In this document: piece by piece, positions 28,744 through 39,219 of the stretch
Numbering within the stretch: position 1 is the first letter of the stretch
Layout of the letters: each line of letters starts with the position of its first letter
Assembly (NCBI GenBank): GCA_050115495.1
Contig: JASFQK010000012.1
Coordinates: forward strand, 86,057-150,056
Direction of reading: 5' to 3'
Source: Phycisphaerae bacterium
GTDB taxonomy: Bacteria > Planctomycetota > Phycisphaerae > UBA1845 > Fen-1342
DNA: 64,000 nucleotides
Notes under the pieces: generated by a model
Seen by the model: only the letters and a program-made list of their open reading frames with translations
Told to the model about the DNA's origin: nothing
Databases searched by the model: none
Translations under genes and position numbers: made by a program

Positions 28744-29334
28744 TCACTCCTCGTCGTCTTTCCCATCCGCGGGCGGCGTCGCCGGTCCGCTCGACACGAT
28801 GACCCGGGCGGGCCGCAGCACACGCTCATGCATCTTGTAGCCGCGGGCCAGCTCCTGCATCACCGTGCCCGCCGGGTGTTCGTCGCTCGGCTGTTGGAGC
28901 ATCGCCTCGTGGAACGAGGGATCAAACGGGCGGCCGGCGGCCTCGATCGGCTCGATATTCCGACTCTTAAGCACCTTTAAGAAGTGCTCATATACAATCC
29001 GCACGCCGTCCGCAACGGCGGCGACGTTCTCCGCCCCCGCCGCCGAGTCACGCGTGCGTTCGAGATCGTCCAGGATAACGAGCAGCTCGCGGGCGAAATC
29101 CGACTCCGCGTAACGCAAAGCCTCGGCTCGCTCCCGCGCCGCCCGTTGCTGGAGGTTGCGCGTTTCCGCGACCAGCCGCAGCTTTTCTTCGCGCAGGGCC
29201 TCGTTCTCCTGCTGGAGCGCCGTCAGCGGATCCACCGGCGTTTCGGCAGCGTCCGACTCGACGGGCTCCGCCTCGGCGGGCCGATCTTCCTGGTCCGTCG
29301 TTTCCGGTTCTCGCGATTTTCCGTTATCCGCCAT
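28744..29334 (-). CDS. grpE: Nucleotide exchange factor GrpE
   Basis: LLVILDDLER, FDPSFHEAM and GYKMHERVLRPARVIV. Confidence 0.93.
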   Translation of the reverse strand: MADNGKSREPETTDQEDRPAEAEPVESDAAETPVDPLTALQQENEALREEKLRLVAETRNLQQRAARERAEALRYAESDFARELLVILDDLERTRDSAAGAENVAAVADGVRIVYEHFLKVLKSRNIEPIEAAGRPFDPSFHEAMLQQPSDEHPAGTVMQELARGYKMHERVLRPARVIVSSGPATPPADGKDDEE

Positions 29335-29390
29335 GGCCACGTCGTCCAATCCTCTGCGTACGCTCCAGAACTCTCACCGGTTCACGGCAA

Positions 29391-30536
29391 TCACTGCGCC
29401 TGATCGCCGCGCCCGGTCAAATACTCTTTCACTCGCTCGAAGAACCCCTTGCTCTCCGGCAGGACGTTGGTGTCTTCGCTCGCCGCAAACTGCCGCAGCA
29501 GCTCTTCCTGCTCGCGAGTCAGCTTCTTGGGGATCTCGACCGTCACCTGCACGATCTCGTCGCCCAGCCGCCCGCCGCGCAGGCTCGGCAACCCCTTCCC
29601 GTCGAGCTGAAAGATGGTGCCGTGCTGCGTTCCCGCCGGGATTCGCAGCGGCGCCGTTCCGTTCAGCGTCGGCACATCGACCTGCGTGCCCAAGGCCGCC
29701 TGCGTGAAGCTGATCGGCAGCCGGCAGATCAGGTGATTGCCGTCACGGTGGAAGAACTCGTGCGGCCGTACGTGCACGACGCAGGTCAGGTCGCCACGTA
29801 CCGCCCCGCCCGGCGCCGGTTCGCCCTCGCCGCGAATGCGGATGCTCTGCCCGTCGTGGATGCCCGCCGGCACCTTCACGTTCAGGACGCGCTCTTTCGG
29901 TGCGCGGCCGCTGCCGTGGCAAGCCTTGCATGGTTTATCGACGACGGTGCCGCGCCCGCGACACGCCGGGCAATCCGTCACCGAGCGCGTCACGAAGAAG
30001 CCCATCGACGTCTGCCGCTCGACCTGGCCGTATCCGCCACACGTGCGGCAGGTCTGCGGCGCCGAGCCCGGCTCGCTGCCCTGCCCGCCGCAGCGTTCGC
30101 AGAAGTCGGCCCGCTCGAAATGCAGCGTCTTCTCGACGCCGGTGGCGACGTCGTTCAGATCGATTTCGAGCAGAGTCTGAATGTCGATGCCCCGCTCGAC
30201 GCGACCGCGTCCCCGGCCGCGCATGCCGCCGAAGGCGTCGCCGAACAGGTCGCCAAAGATACTGAAGATGTCGTCGATGCCCATGCCCGAGAAATCGTGC
30301 ATGGTGGTGCCGCCGAGGCCGGCATGGCCGTAGCGGTCGTACCGTTGCCGCTTCTCGGGATCGGAAAGGACTTCGTACGCCTCGGCGGCAGCTTTGAACT
30401 GCACTTCGGCGTCGGGCTCGCGGTTGCGGTCGGGGTGGTATTTGAGCGCGGCCTGACGGTAGGCCCGCTTGATATCCGCCGGGCTGGCGGTACGGGCAAC
30501 GCCCAGCACTTCGTAATAATCGCGTTGCTCGGCCAC
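29391..30536 (-). CDS. dnaJ: Chaperone DnaJ
   Basis: J domain with HPD, G/F region and four CxxCxGxG repeats. Confidence 0.95.
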   Translation of the reverse strand: MAEQRDYYEVLGVARTASPADIKRAYRQAALKYHPDRNREPDAEVQFKAAAEAYEVLSDPEKRQRYDRYGHAGLGGTTMHDFSGMGIDDIFSIFGDLFGDAFGGMRGRGRGRVERGIDIQTLLEIDLNDVATGVEKTLHFERADFCERCGGQGSEPGSAPQTCRTCGGYGQVERQTSMGFFVTRSVTDCPACRGRGTVVDKPCKACHGSGRAPKERVLNVKVPAGIHDGQSIRIRGEGEPAPGGAVRGDLTCVVHVRPHEFFHRDGNHLICRLPISFTQAALGTQVDVPTLNGTAPLRIPAGTQHGTIFQLDGKGLPSLRGGRLGDEIVQVTVEIPKKLTREQEELLRQFAASEDTNVLPESKGFFERVKEYLTGRGDQAQ

Positions 30537-30704
30537 AAGCTCACCCTTCGGTTGCCGGCCCTATCGGCCGGCCCGGAGCGTTCTCTTCACTTCCCGGCGG
30601 CCTCGGAACCGCGCCCGCCCGCAAAACACGAGGGGCGACTCGCCTGCGCGAGTGCCCCTCGGGCATGCCTGCCGTCTGCGGCCATTCCGGCGGCGCGGGG
30701 GCGA

Positions 30705-32321
30705 TTAGTGCGTGGCGCCCTCGATCTTCTCGTGCTTGTCCTCCTTGAACTCGGTGCACAGCACGTCGGTCGTCAGCATCAGACCGGCCACGCTCGCCGC
30801 GTTCTGGAGAGCCACGCGAGCCACCTTCGCCGGATCGATGATGCCGGCCGCCAGCATGTCCACGTACTCGCCCTTGGCCGCGTCGAACCCGAAGTTCTTC
30901 TTGCCGCCGAGGACTTCCTGGACCACCACGCCGCCGTCAAAGCCGGCGTTCTCGGCGATCTGGCGGATGGGGCTCTGGAGGGCCCGCAGGATGATGTTGT
31001 AGCCGATGGCCTCGTCGCCCTCGATGTTGCGAACGGCCTTGCGAATCGGCTCGATGGCGTGCAGGAACGCGACGCCGCCGCCGGGGACGATGCCTTCCTC
31101 GGCCGCCGCCTTGGTCGCATGGAACGCGTCGTCGACGAGATCCTTGCGCTCCTTGACGTCGATCTCGGTCGCGCCGCCGACGCGGACCACGGCCACGCCG
31201 CCGGTCAGCTTGGCCAGGCGTTCCTGGAGCTTCTCGCGGTCGTAGTCGCTGGTGGTCTTCTCGATCTGGCTGCGGATCTGGCCGATGCGGGCCTCGATGT
31301 CCTTGCGCTTGCCGTCACCCTCGATGATGGTGGTCTCATCCTTGGTGATGACGATGCGCTTGGCCCGACCGAGCTGGCTCAGCTCGACGTGTTCGAGCTT
31401 GAGGCCCTGGTCCTCGCTGATGAACATGCCGCCGGTGAGGGCAGCGATATCGCCCAGCATGGCCTTGCGGCGATCGCCGAAGCCGGGGGCCTTCACCGCA
31501 CAGACGTTGAGCACGCCACGGAGCCGGTTGACCACCAGGGTGGCCAGGGCCTCGCCCTCGATGTCCTCGGCGATGATCAGCAGCGGCTTGCCGGTGTTGA
31601 CGATCTTCTCGAGCAGTGGGACCAGGTCGCGCAGCGAACCGATCTTCTTCTCGAAGATGAGGATGACCGGCTCGTCCAGCACGGCTTCGAGCGAGGCGGT
31701 GTTGGTGATGAAGTAGGGCGAGATGAAGCCCTTGTCGAACTGCATGCCTTCCACGTGCTCCCACGTGGTTTCGATGCTCTTGCCCTCTTCGATCTCGATG
31801 ACGCCGTCCTTACCGACCTTGTCGAAGGCTTCGGACAGCATCTTGCCGACCGTCTGGTCGCCGTTGGCGCTGATCGCCGCCACCTTGGCGATGTCGTCCT
31901 TGCCACGGACCTTGACCGACAGGCTCTTGATGGCCTCGACGGCCACCTGCACCGCGGCGTCGATCCCGCGCTTCACCGCCATCGGGCTCGCGCCGGCGGT
32001 GATGTTCTTCAGCCCTTCGGCGAAGATGGACTCGGCCAGGACGGTGGCCGTCGTTGTGCCGTCACCGGCGAGATCGGACGTCTTGCTGGCGACCTCATTG
32101 ACGAGCTTCGCGCCCATGTTCTGGAAGGGCTCGCCGAGCTCGATTTCCTTGCTGACGGTGACGCCGTCCTTGGTGATCCGCGGGGCGCCCCACGACTTGT
32201 GCAACAGCACGTTGCGACCGACGGGCCCGAGCGTGGACTTGACGGCCTTGGCCAGCTTGCGCACGCCGGCCAGCATCTCGCGGCGGGCATGGTCGCTGTA
32301 CATCAATTGCTTAGCAGGCAT
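30705..32321 (-). CDS. groL: Chaperonin GroEL (copy without GGM tail)
   Basis: [28 protein letters not shown] and KLQERLAKL. Confidence 0.95.
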   Translation of the reverse strand: MPAKQLMYSDHARREMLAGVRKLAKAVKSTLGPVGRNVLLHKSWGAPRITKDGVTVSKEIELGEPFQNMGAKLVNEVASKTSDLAGDGTTTATVLAESIFAEGLKNITAGASPMAVKRGIDAAVQVAVEAIKSLSVKVRGKDDIAKVAAISANGDQTVGKMLSEAFDKVGKDGVIEIEEGKSIETTWEHVEGMQFDKGFISPYFITNTASLEAVLDEPVILIFEKKIGSLRDLVPLLEKIVNTGKPLLIIAEDIEGEALATLVVNRLRGVLNVCAVKAPGFGDRRKAMLGDIAALTGGMFISEDQGLKLEHVELSQLGRAKRIVITKDETTIIEGDGKRKDIEARIGQIRSQIEKTTSDYDREKLQERLAKLTGGVAVVRVGGATEIDVKERKDLVDDAFHATKAAAEEGIVPGGGVAFLHAIEPIRKAVRNIEGDEAIGYNIILRALQSPIRQIAENAGFDGGVVVQEVLGGKKNFGFDAAKGEYVDMLAAGIIDPAKVARVALQNAASVAGLMLTTDVLCTEFKEDKHEKIEGATH

Positions 32322-32427
32322 GTTCTCGATCCTTCACCACGGCCGGCGGCGGGCCGGCCGAAAGCCAGAGTTTCTGATGCCGGCGGCCGGGCGGTTCTCG
32401 CCGGCCGCAACGCCGCCCGAAGACCCG

Positions 32428-32742
32428 CTACTCGGAGATTGCCAGGATGTCGCTCTCACGCAGGATGACGAACGTGTCGCCCTCGAGCTCGACCTCGGTG
32501 CCGCTGTACTTGCCGTAGAAGACGCGGTCGCCGACCTTCACGGACATCTTGCCGCGGGCCCCGGTCTTCTCCATGAGCCGGCCGGGACCGGTGGCGATGA
32601 TCTTGCCCTGCACGGGCTTCTCGCGTGCCGAATCGGGCAGCACGATCCCGCCGCGGGTCATCTGCTCCGCCTCGAACGGTTCCACGACCACGCGGTCGTC
32701 CAGGGGGCGAATCTTGAGCTTCTTCGCAGTCGCTGTTGCCAT
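32428..32742 (-). CDS. groS: Co-chaperonin GroES
   Basis: IRPLDDRVVV, GGIVLPDSA.EKP and ILRESDILA. Confidence 0.95.
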   Translation of the reverse strand: MATATAKKLKIRPLDDRVVVEPFEAEQMTRGGIVLPDSAREKPVQGKIIATGPGRLMEKTGARGKMSVKVGDRVFYGKYSGTEVELEGDTFVILRESDILAISE

Positions 32743-32886
32743 CTCGCTCTACTCTCCATTACCAGGCTGTTTCACTGGTTCGTTCACGTTCGGTCGTACC
32801 GGGCTCTCTGTCCTATCCACCTGCATGTCGTTGCGCTGGGCACCAGATCTCCGGAGACAGCAGCCTCCACGGGGCCTGCACCGAAA

Positions 32887-33195
32887 TCACTCGGGCAGTT
32901 GCTTCACTGTCGCCCGGTCAATGAAGTTCCGCGGAGCACGTTTCAGATCTCCCCTCGCGAAGAGTTCCGGCCGGGGGAGGCTCTCGCTGCCCAACTTGAC
33001 TTGGTACTCATTTCGCTCCACGGGCCCCGGCCAGTGTTGCAGTGGCGCGGGTTCGGCGTCTTCCGGCACGAACTCCACTTGTGGGACCGTGCAGCGCACG
33101 ACCTTCACGATCTTACCGCGACGCCATTCAGCACCGATCCTCACCATCACCAAATCCCCCACCCGAAGTTCGTCTTCTGACCGTGTGTTGGACAT
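32887..33195 (-). CDS. Hypothetical protein inside the chaperone operon (possible SH3/Tudor-like beta barrel)
   Basis: GGAGG RBS, LRVGDLVMVR...WRRGKIVKV pattern, co-oriented between groEL and groES. Confidence 0.6.
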   Translation of the reverse strand: MSNTRSEDELRVGDLVMVRIGAEWRRGKIVKVVRCTVPQVEFVPEDAEPAPLQHWPGPVERNEYQVKLGSESLPRPELFARGDLKRAPRNFIDRATVKQLPE

Positions 33196-33276
33196 GTCTG
33201 TCCTCCAACGACAAGCTCCGTCCGGCAGCAGTCCGCAACAAGAACGGGCCGCTCGCAGACGTCAACCGTACCTGGG

Positions 33277-34974
33277 CTACATCATGCCCATGCCGCCCAT
33301 GCCTCCCATGCCGCCCATACCACCCATGCCGCCCATGCCCATCTCGTCATCCATGCCCGGGCCGCCGGGGCCGGCCTTCTTGGCCTGCGGCTTCTCGGCG
33401 ATCAGGCACGCGCTGGACAGGAGCACGCGGGCGACGCTGCTGCCGTTCTCCAGGGCGGAGCGGACGACCTTCGTCGGGTCGATGATGCCCATCTTGAACA
33501 TGTCGCCGTAGTCGCCCGTCGCCGCGTTGAAGCCGAACGACTTCTCGCCGTCCGTCACCTTCTTCAGCACGACGGCCGGCTCGTAACCGGCGTTGTCGGC
33601 GATCTGCTTCAGGGGCATGGTCAGGGCGTCGCGGATGATCTTCACGCCGGCCTTCTCGGCACTGCCCTTGATTCTGACGCTGTCCAGCGCCCCAAGGGCC
33701 CGCAGCAGGGCCACGCCGCCGCCGGGAACGATGCCTTCCTCGATGGCCGCACGGGTCGCATGCAGGGCGTCCTCGACGCGGGCCTTCTTCTCTTTCAGCT
33801 CGGCCTCGCTGGCCGCCCCGACCTGGATCTGGGCCACGCCGCCCGACAGCTTCGCCAGGCGCTCCTGGAGCTTCTCGCGGTCGTAGTCGCTGGTCGTCTG
33901 CTCGATTTCCCGGCGGATCTGCTCGATACGCCCGCGGATCTCGCCGCTCGAACCGGCACCCTCGACGATCGTGGTGTTGTCGGCGCTGATACGGATCTTC
34001 TTTGCCTGGCCCAGGTCGGCGATGGACACCTTGTCCAATTCGAGGCCCAGGTCCTTGAAGATCGGCTTGCCGCCGGTGAGGACCGCGATGTCTTCGAGCA
34101 TAGCCTTGCGCCGATCGCCGTAGCCGGGGGCCTTCACCGCGGCGACGTTCAGAATGCCGCGCAGCTTGTTGACCACCAGCATGGCCAGGGCCTCGCCCTC
34201 GACGTCTTCGGCGATGATGAGCAGCGGTCGCTTGGCCTGGGCCACCTTCTCCAACAGCGGGACGAGCTTGGTCACGCTGCTGATCTTGTCCTCGTACACG
34301 AGCACGTAGGCTTTCTCGAGCAGCGTCTCCATCGCGTCCTGATCGGTGACGAAGTGCGGGCTGAGATAGCCACGGTCGAACTGCATGCCTTCGACGACCT
34401 CGACCACGGTGTCCAGGCTCTTGCCCTCTTCGACCGTGATCACGCCGTCCTTGCCGACCTTGCCGAAGCAGTCGGCGATGATCTCGCCGATGGAGCGATC
34501 GTTGTTCGCCGAGATGCTGGCGATGTTGACGATGTCGTCGGCCTGCTTCGCGGTGAGCTTGACCGGGCGGGAATTGCTGGCCAATTCGGCTACGACGGCC
34601 CGGACGGCCGCCTCGATCCCGCGGTTGATCCCGTTCGGGTCATGGCCGGCCACGACCGTCCGCAGACCCTCGCGATAGATCGCCTCGGCGAGGACGGTCG
34701 CGGTGGTCGTGCCGTCGCCGGCGACGTCGCTGGTCTTGCTGGCGGCCTGCTTCACAAGCTGGGCGCCCATGTTCTCGTACTTGTTGTGCAGCTCGATCTC
34801 TTCGGCGACGGTGACGCCGTCCTTGGTGACGGTCGGGCCGCCCCAGCCCTTGTCGAGGACGGCATTGCGGCCCCGGGGACCGAAGGTGCTGCGTACCGCA
34901 GAAGCCAGTTTCTCCACCCCCGCCAGGACCGCCTTCTGGGCTTCCTGATCGAACGCCAGTTGCTTGACCGCCAT
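33277..34974 (-). CDS. groL: Chaperonin GroEL (copy with GGM-repeat tail)
   Basis: GroEL signatures and C-terminal [18 protein letters not shown]. Confidence 0.95.
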   Translation of the reverse strand: MAVKQLAFDQEAQKAVLAGVEKLASAVRSTFGPRGRNAVLDKGWGGPTVTKDGVTVAEEIELHNKYENMGAQLVKQAASKTSDVAGDGTTTATVLAEAIYREGLRTVVAGHDPNGINRGIEAAVRAVVAELASNSRPVKLTAKQADDIVNIASISANNDRSIGEIIADCFGKVGKDGVITVEEGKSLDTVVEVVEGMQFDRGYLSPHFVTDQDAMETLLEKAYVLVYEDKISSVTKLVPLLEKVAQAKRPLLIIAEDVEGEALAMLVVNKLRGILNVAAVKAPGYGDRRKAMLEDIAVLTGGKPIFKDLGLELDKVSIADLGQAKKIRISADNTTIVEGAGSSGEIRGRIEQIRREIEQTTSDYDREKLQERLAKLSGGVAQIQVGAASEAELKEKKARVEDALHATRAAIEEGIVPGGGVALLRALGALDSVRIKGSAEKAGVKIIRDALTMPLKQIADNAGYEPAVVLKKVTDGEKSFGFNAATGDYGDMFKMGIIDPTKVVRSALENGSSVARVLLSSACLIAEKPQAKKAGPGGPGMDDEMGMGGMGGMGGMGGMGGMGMM

Positions 34975-35322
34975 GCGGACCTCTCCTTACCAGGCTGAGT
35001 GTCAGATAGGCACAAACCGCGCACGATCCCGGCCGAAGCCGAGATGTACCACCGTACCTCCTCTCCCACTAGCAAGCCGGGTGCCAGATGCCCGGTCGCC
35101 GCAACTCCCTCGTAAGACCCGTTATAAAAAGCGCTTGCGCTTCGCACCCTCCTGTCGGCTCGCCAGCGGCCACCGCGTGACGTGCCGACTTGACCGTGCC
35201 AAACTGACAGGCCGCGTCGCCGGTTGCGTCTGCCGCGCGGACCGACTATCGTTGGCCGACTTCACGGACCGGCGCGGTCCACAAACGGCAATCAGAGACC
35301 CTGCGCGAGCACGCCAGCCCGA

Positions 35323-37239
35323 ATGACTAGCGGTTTCCCCGGCAATTCAGGCTCTGCCCCCCAGGGGCTCCTCGCCAACCGGCAGGGCAAGCCTAGCAAG
35401 AAACAGGCCCGCCAGGCCTTCTGGCGGATGCTCGGCCTCGTCTACCCCCACCGGCGAGCCATGGCCTGGGGCATGATCCTCGGCCTCGGCGTCGCCCTGA
35501 CCTACGCCGCCAGCCTCGGCGGGCTGCTCCCCATCCTGAAGGTCATCGTCAGCACGGAGAGCCTGCCCGAGACGCTCCGCGCCTCGGCTGAGCACCGCGG
35601 CTGGTACGCCCCCCTGCTGAACTGGCTCGCCGACCTGCTCCCCGCCGGCAACACGCCCACCGCCCGCATGCAGACGTTGCTCATCCTGATGAGCCTGCTC
35701 ATCGGCGTGAACCTGGTCGGCAACGTCCTCCGCGTCCTCTCGCAATACCTCGTCCTCTTCGCCTCGAACCGGAGCATGATGGATCTCCGGCGGCACATGT
35801 ACCGCAAGTCGCTGCACGTGCCCGCCAGCGAGATCGCCGGCGATGTGTCGAACCGCGTCAGCCAGTTCATGTCCGACGCCCGCGAGGTCTTCCTGGGTGT
35901 CGTCACGCTCTTCGGCAAAGTGGCCCGCGAGCCGCTCAAGGCCATCTGCGTGCTTATCGTCGCCCTGCTGCTCGACTATCGCCTGACGGCCGTCGTGCTG
36001 ATCATCACGCCGGTCGCGGTCGGCGTGCTGTGGTACTTCGGCCGCAAGGTGCGGAAGGCGACCGTCCGCCTGCTCCAGGGCTACGCCCGCATGCTCGGCG
36101 GCCTCGAAGAGACTCTCCAGGGCATCGACGTCGTCAAGGGCTACGCACGCGAGGGCCACGAACGCAAACGCATGTGGCAGATCGAGCGCGGCATGCTCCG
36201 CCAGATGCTCAAGCTGGCCTGGATCGAGGCCATCGCTTCGCCGCTGATCGAGGTGGTCGGCGTCATCGCCACCTCCGGCGGTATCGTCTGGCTGGCTTCA
36301 CGGCAGTTCTCCGGCGAGATCAGCCCGGCCCACTTCATCACGATGGTGGGCCTGCTGGCCGCCATGCTCGACCCGATCCGCAAGATCGCCAACGTGTACA
36401 ACGCCGTGCAGCGCTCGGGTGCCGCGGCCATGCGCATCTTCGAGTTCCTCGATCGGCCGGAAGAGCAATCGCCGCTGGCGGCGCGCCGACTGGGCGCTCC
36501 CGGCCCGCGGCTGGTCGAGTTCACCGGGCTGACGTTCCGCTACACGCCGTCGCAGCAGCCGCCCGCCCTGGACGATGTCTCGCTATCCGTCCGTGCCGGC
36601 GAGTGCCTGGCGATCGTCGGGCCGAACGGTAGCGGGAAGTCGACGCTGGTGCGCATGCTGCCGCGTCTGCTCGACCCGCAGGCCGGGCGCATCACGATCG
36701 ACGGTGTCGATGTCCACGAGATGAGCCTCAAGCACCTGCGGCAGCAGATCGCCCTGGTCACCCAGCGGCCGATCATCTTCGCCCGCAGCGTCCACGACAA
36801 CATCGCCTATGGCAAAGACGGCGCCACGGCCGACGAGGTGCGTCAGGCCGCGGCCAAGGCCTACGCCGCCGAGTTCATCGAGCAGTGGCCCGACCAGTAC
36901 GAAACGATCATGGGTGAGTTCGGGACGTCCGTCTCCGGCGGTCAGCGGCAGCGCATCGCCATCGCCCGGGCGTTCTTGAAGCCGGCGTCGATCCTGATCT
37001 TTGACGAGGCGACGAGCGAGATCGATGCCGAGAGCGAGCGGAAGATCCACGCGGCGTTGCACGAACTGCGTCAGGGCAAGACGACGTTCCTGATCGCCCA
37101 CCGCCACACGGTGATGGAGATGGCGGAGCGTCTGGTGGTGATGGACGCCGGCCGCATCGTCGACGTCGGCACGCACGCCGAGCTCATCGCCCGCTGCCCG
37201 CTCTACGTCGCCCTCTACCAATCCCCCGTAACCCGCTGA
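35323..37239 (+). CDS. ABC exporter, fused TMD + NBD (MsbA-like)
   Basis: TM domain, GPNGSGKS, VSGGQRQR, IFDEATS and IAHR. Start codon uncertain. Confidence 0.88.
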   Translation: MTSGFPGNSGSAPQGLLANRQGKPSKKQARQAFWRMLGLVYPHRRAMAWGMILGLGVALTYAASLGGLLPILKVIVSTESLPETLRASAEHRGWYAPLLNWLADLLPAGNTPTARMQTLLILMSLLIGVNLVGNVLRVLSQYLVLFASNRSMMDLRRHMYRKSLHVPASEIAGDVSNRVSQFMSDAREVFLGVVTLFGKVAREPLKAICVLIVALLLDYRLTAVVLIITPVAVGVLWYFGRKVRKATVRLLQGYARMLGGLEETLQGIDVVKGYAREGHERKRMWQIERGMLRQMLKLAWIEAIASPLIEVVGVIATSGGIVWLASRQFSGEISPAHFITMVGLLAAMLDPIRKIANVYNAVQRSGAAAMRIFEFLDRPEEQSPLAARRLGAPGPRLVEFTGLTFRYTPSQQPPALDDVSLSVRAGECLAIVGPNGSGKSTLVRMLPRLLDPQAGRITIDGVDVHEMSLKHLRQQIALVTQRPIIFARSVHDNIAYGKDGATADEVRQAAAKAYAAEFIEQWPDQYETIMGEFGTSVSGGQRQRIAIARAFLKPASILIFDEATSEIDAESERKIHAALHELRQGKTTFLIAHRHTVMEMAERLVVMDAGRIVDVGTHAELIARCPLYVALYQSPVTR

Positions 37240-37251
37240 CCGTGGTCTCTG

Positions 37252-37426
37252 TGTGGCATGCCGAAGCCGAAGGCGCCGGCATGTGCATCCCGTAGCGGCC
37301 GGGCTCCGCACCGGACGTCCGCGTGTCGACCGTCTTCGTAGCGTCGGCCCCCCGTGGCCGACGTCGATCGCCGAACGACGCACGTTGCGCAACGTAGCGG
37401 CCGACCTCCGCGTCGGCCGTCGATCA
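37252..37426. repeat. Cluster of REP-like palindromes between convergent genes
   Basis: GTGGCATGCCGAAGCCGAAGGCGCCGGCATG plus three GTAG-led hairpins (GTAGCGGCCGGGCTCCGCACCGGACG, GTAGCGTCGGCCCCCCGTGGCCGACG, GTAGCGGCCGACCTCCGCGTCGGCCG). Relatives occur at ~38404, ~48650, ~59165 and ~61020-61070. Confidence 0.7.
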
Positions 37427-37524
37427 CCTCACTATGACCGCAACGCCAACCACTCCGCGAGTCTGCCATTGCGCTTGGACCGTGTTGCCTCTCTTCTGCT
37501 CACGGCCTCACGCCTGCCCACCCC

Positions 37525-38343
37525 TCAAGGCGCGATCGATTGCCACACAACATCGACGAAGAGTGCCGTGCTGTAACCCAGCCGCCACGAGATCATCAGC
37601 ACGCCGGGCATCGCCACCAGGATCACCGGCACCGTCCACTTCCGCCGCAGCCACACGCACAGCACGACGGTCAACACGATCATCCACCAGTAGTAGACCG
37701 CGCCGCATACCAGCTCCGGTAGGTTGTACTCGTCGATCGGCCAGTACACGTACTGCCTGATCGAAGCCTCATCGAGAATCCACGGGAACTCGAACGCCTC
37801 GGTGTAGTCCATGAGGATCGGCGGCCCCGCTGCCCAGTCCAGCACGACAAAGGCCGTCGTGTACAGCGACACTTTCCTCCAGAAGGACCACAGCCGCCAG
37901 CCGTGCCGCCATCGGAAGTTGCACAGGAAGAACAGCAGCGACTGCACCTCGATGTGCACCCAGCAGCCGGCCACCCAGGCCACGTATTGGTGCCAATCAC
38001 CAAAGTGCCGAAGACTTGCCGCCGCGTTGCCCCCCATCCCCACGGCCATGCACACCAAGGCGAACACCGTCGCCCGGCCCAACCGCGACTTCTCCGATAG
38101 CCGCCGCGCGAACCTGATCGGCCGCACCAGCACCCACACCCACGTCAGCAGCCCCGCTGTGAGCAATCGCCAGCCGCGCGCCGTGTCCAGCGGCAGTTCA
38201 CCCGGCCGGCCTGCCGCCTGGATGGCGGCCCAGTCGATCACGCGTCCACACTCGGGACAGCGGTCTTCCGGCAATCCGATGAGTACGTAGCCGCAATGCA
38301 GGCACCGCGGTGCGTTCTTCAGGTCGGCGTTGATGTCCGGCAT
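37525..38343 (-). CDS. Zn-ribbon (CxxCGY..CPECG) multi-TM membrane protein
   Basis: CLHCGYVLIGLPEDRCPECG followed by about 5-6 TM helices; ATG at 38343. Confidence 0.75.
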   Translation of the reverse strand: MPDINADLKNAPRCLHCGYVLIGLPEDRCPECGRVIDWAAIQAAGRPGELPLDTARGWRLLTAGLLTWVWVLVRPIRFARRLSEKSRLGRATVFALVCMAVGMGGNAAASLRHFGDWHQYVAWVAGCWVHIEVQSLLFFLCNFRWRHGWRLWSFWRKVSLYTTAFVVLDWAAGPPILMDYTEAFEFPWILDEASIRQYVYWPIDEYNLPELVCGAVYYWWMIVLTVVLCVWLRRKWTVPVILVAMPGVLMISWRLGYSTALFVDVVWQSIAP

Positions 38344-38648
38344 GGATAGCTCCACCCCGTCAACCGGGTCCCCCACAGCATACCGCGCCCCCCAGCCGCC
38401 CGCCCACATGCCGGCGCTGCGCTTCGGCATGCCACACAACCGCATCGGCCGTCGATCGTCGATTGCCCCGCAATTCGCCAACCGACTCCCATCCGCACCG
38501 CCTCGTTGCCTCGCCACCCTGAGCGCAGCCGAAGGGCCACCCTGAGCACAGTCGGAGGGGTTGTCTGCTTCATCCGCCCCTTTGCCCCTCTGTTCCTCTG
38601 TTCCTTTGTCCCTTTGCCCCTAGACTCCTCCGCTACAATGCCGCCACC

Positions 38649-38963
38649 ATGGAAGACTTCATCAGCGAACCGCTCACCGCCCATCCCGGCACGTTCGACC
38701 CGCAGGCCATGGCCGCCGGCCTGCCCGGCCTTCCTGCCGGCTTCGACTGGCGGGGCGAATCGTACGAGGTCCTGGCGGAGCTGGAGCGGTGGAAGCAATC
38801 CGGCACGGAAGGCGGCCGTCCGGAGGGCGAGCGCTACCTCCGCCGGCATTACTACCGCTTGCACATGTCAGACGGCACGACATGGACCGTCTACTTCATC
38901 CGCCAAACCCCGCGCAGCGGCTCCCCCCGCCAGCGCTGGTTCCTGTACTCCATCGACCACTAG
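38649..38963 (+). CDS. DUF6504-like small protein
   Basis: PAGFDWRGESYEV...W....RRHYYRL...GTTW.VYF...W.L pattern. Confidence 0.7.
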   Translation: MEDFISEPLTAHPGTFDPQAMAAGLPGLPAGFDWRGESYEVLAELERWKQSGTEGGRPEGERYLRRHYYRLHMSDGTTWTVYFIRQTPRSGSPRQRWFLYSIDH

Positions 38964-39219
38964 CATTACCTAACACTCCACCGCCAGCGCAGCGGCCCTG
39001 GCCACGCCACGTGCGACCGCCAACGCCGGCGTCACTCGTCGACACGCCGCATCTGCCCGCGCCTTATGCTTTGCGCGATGATCCGGTCAAGCATGTAGCT
39101 GACAAAACGAGTCGGAATCGCTTGTATATGGGTTCGCCGCATGGGATCATATTCTCCAGCCATTGCGCGTCGCCGAAGTATTGGCCTAGTCCATCGTCTC
39201 CCGTCCTCGCAGGTGTCAC

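Noticed and set aside
34975..35130. CIRCE operator upstream of groEL
   Set aside because: Only a weak half-site (CTGACACTC on the minus strand) is present, with no matching inverted half at 9-nt spacing.
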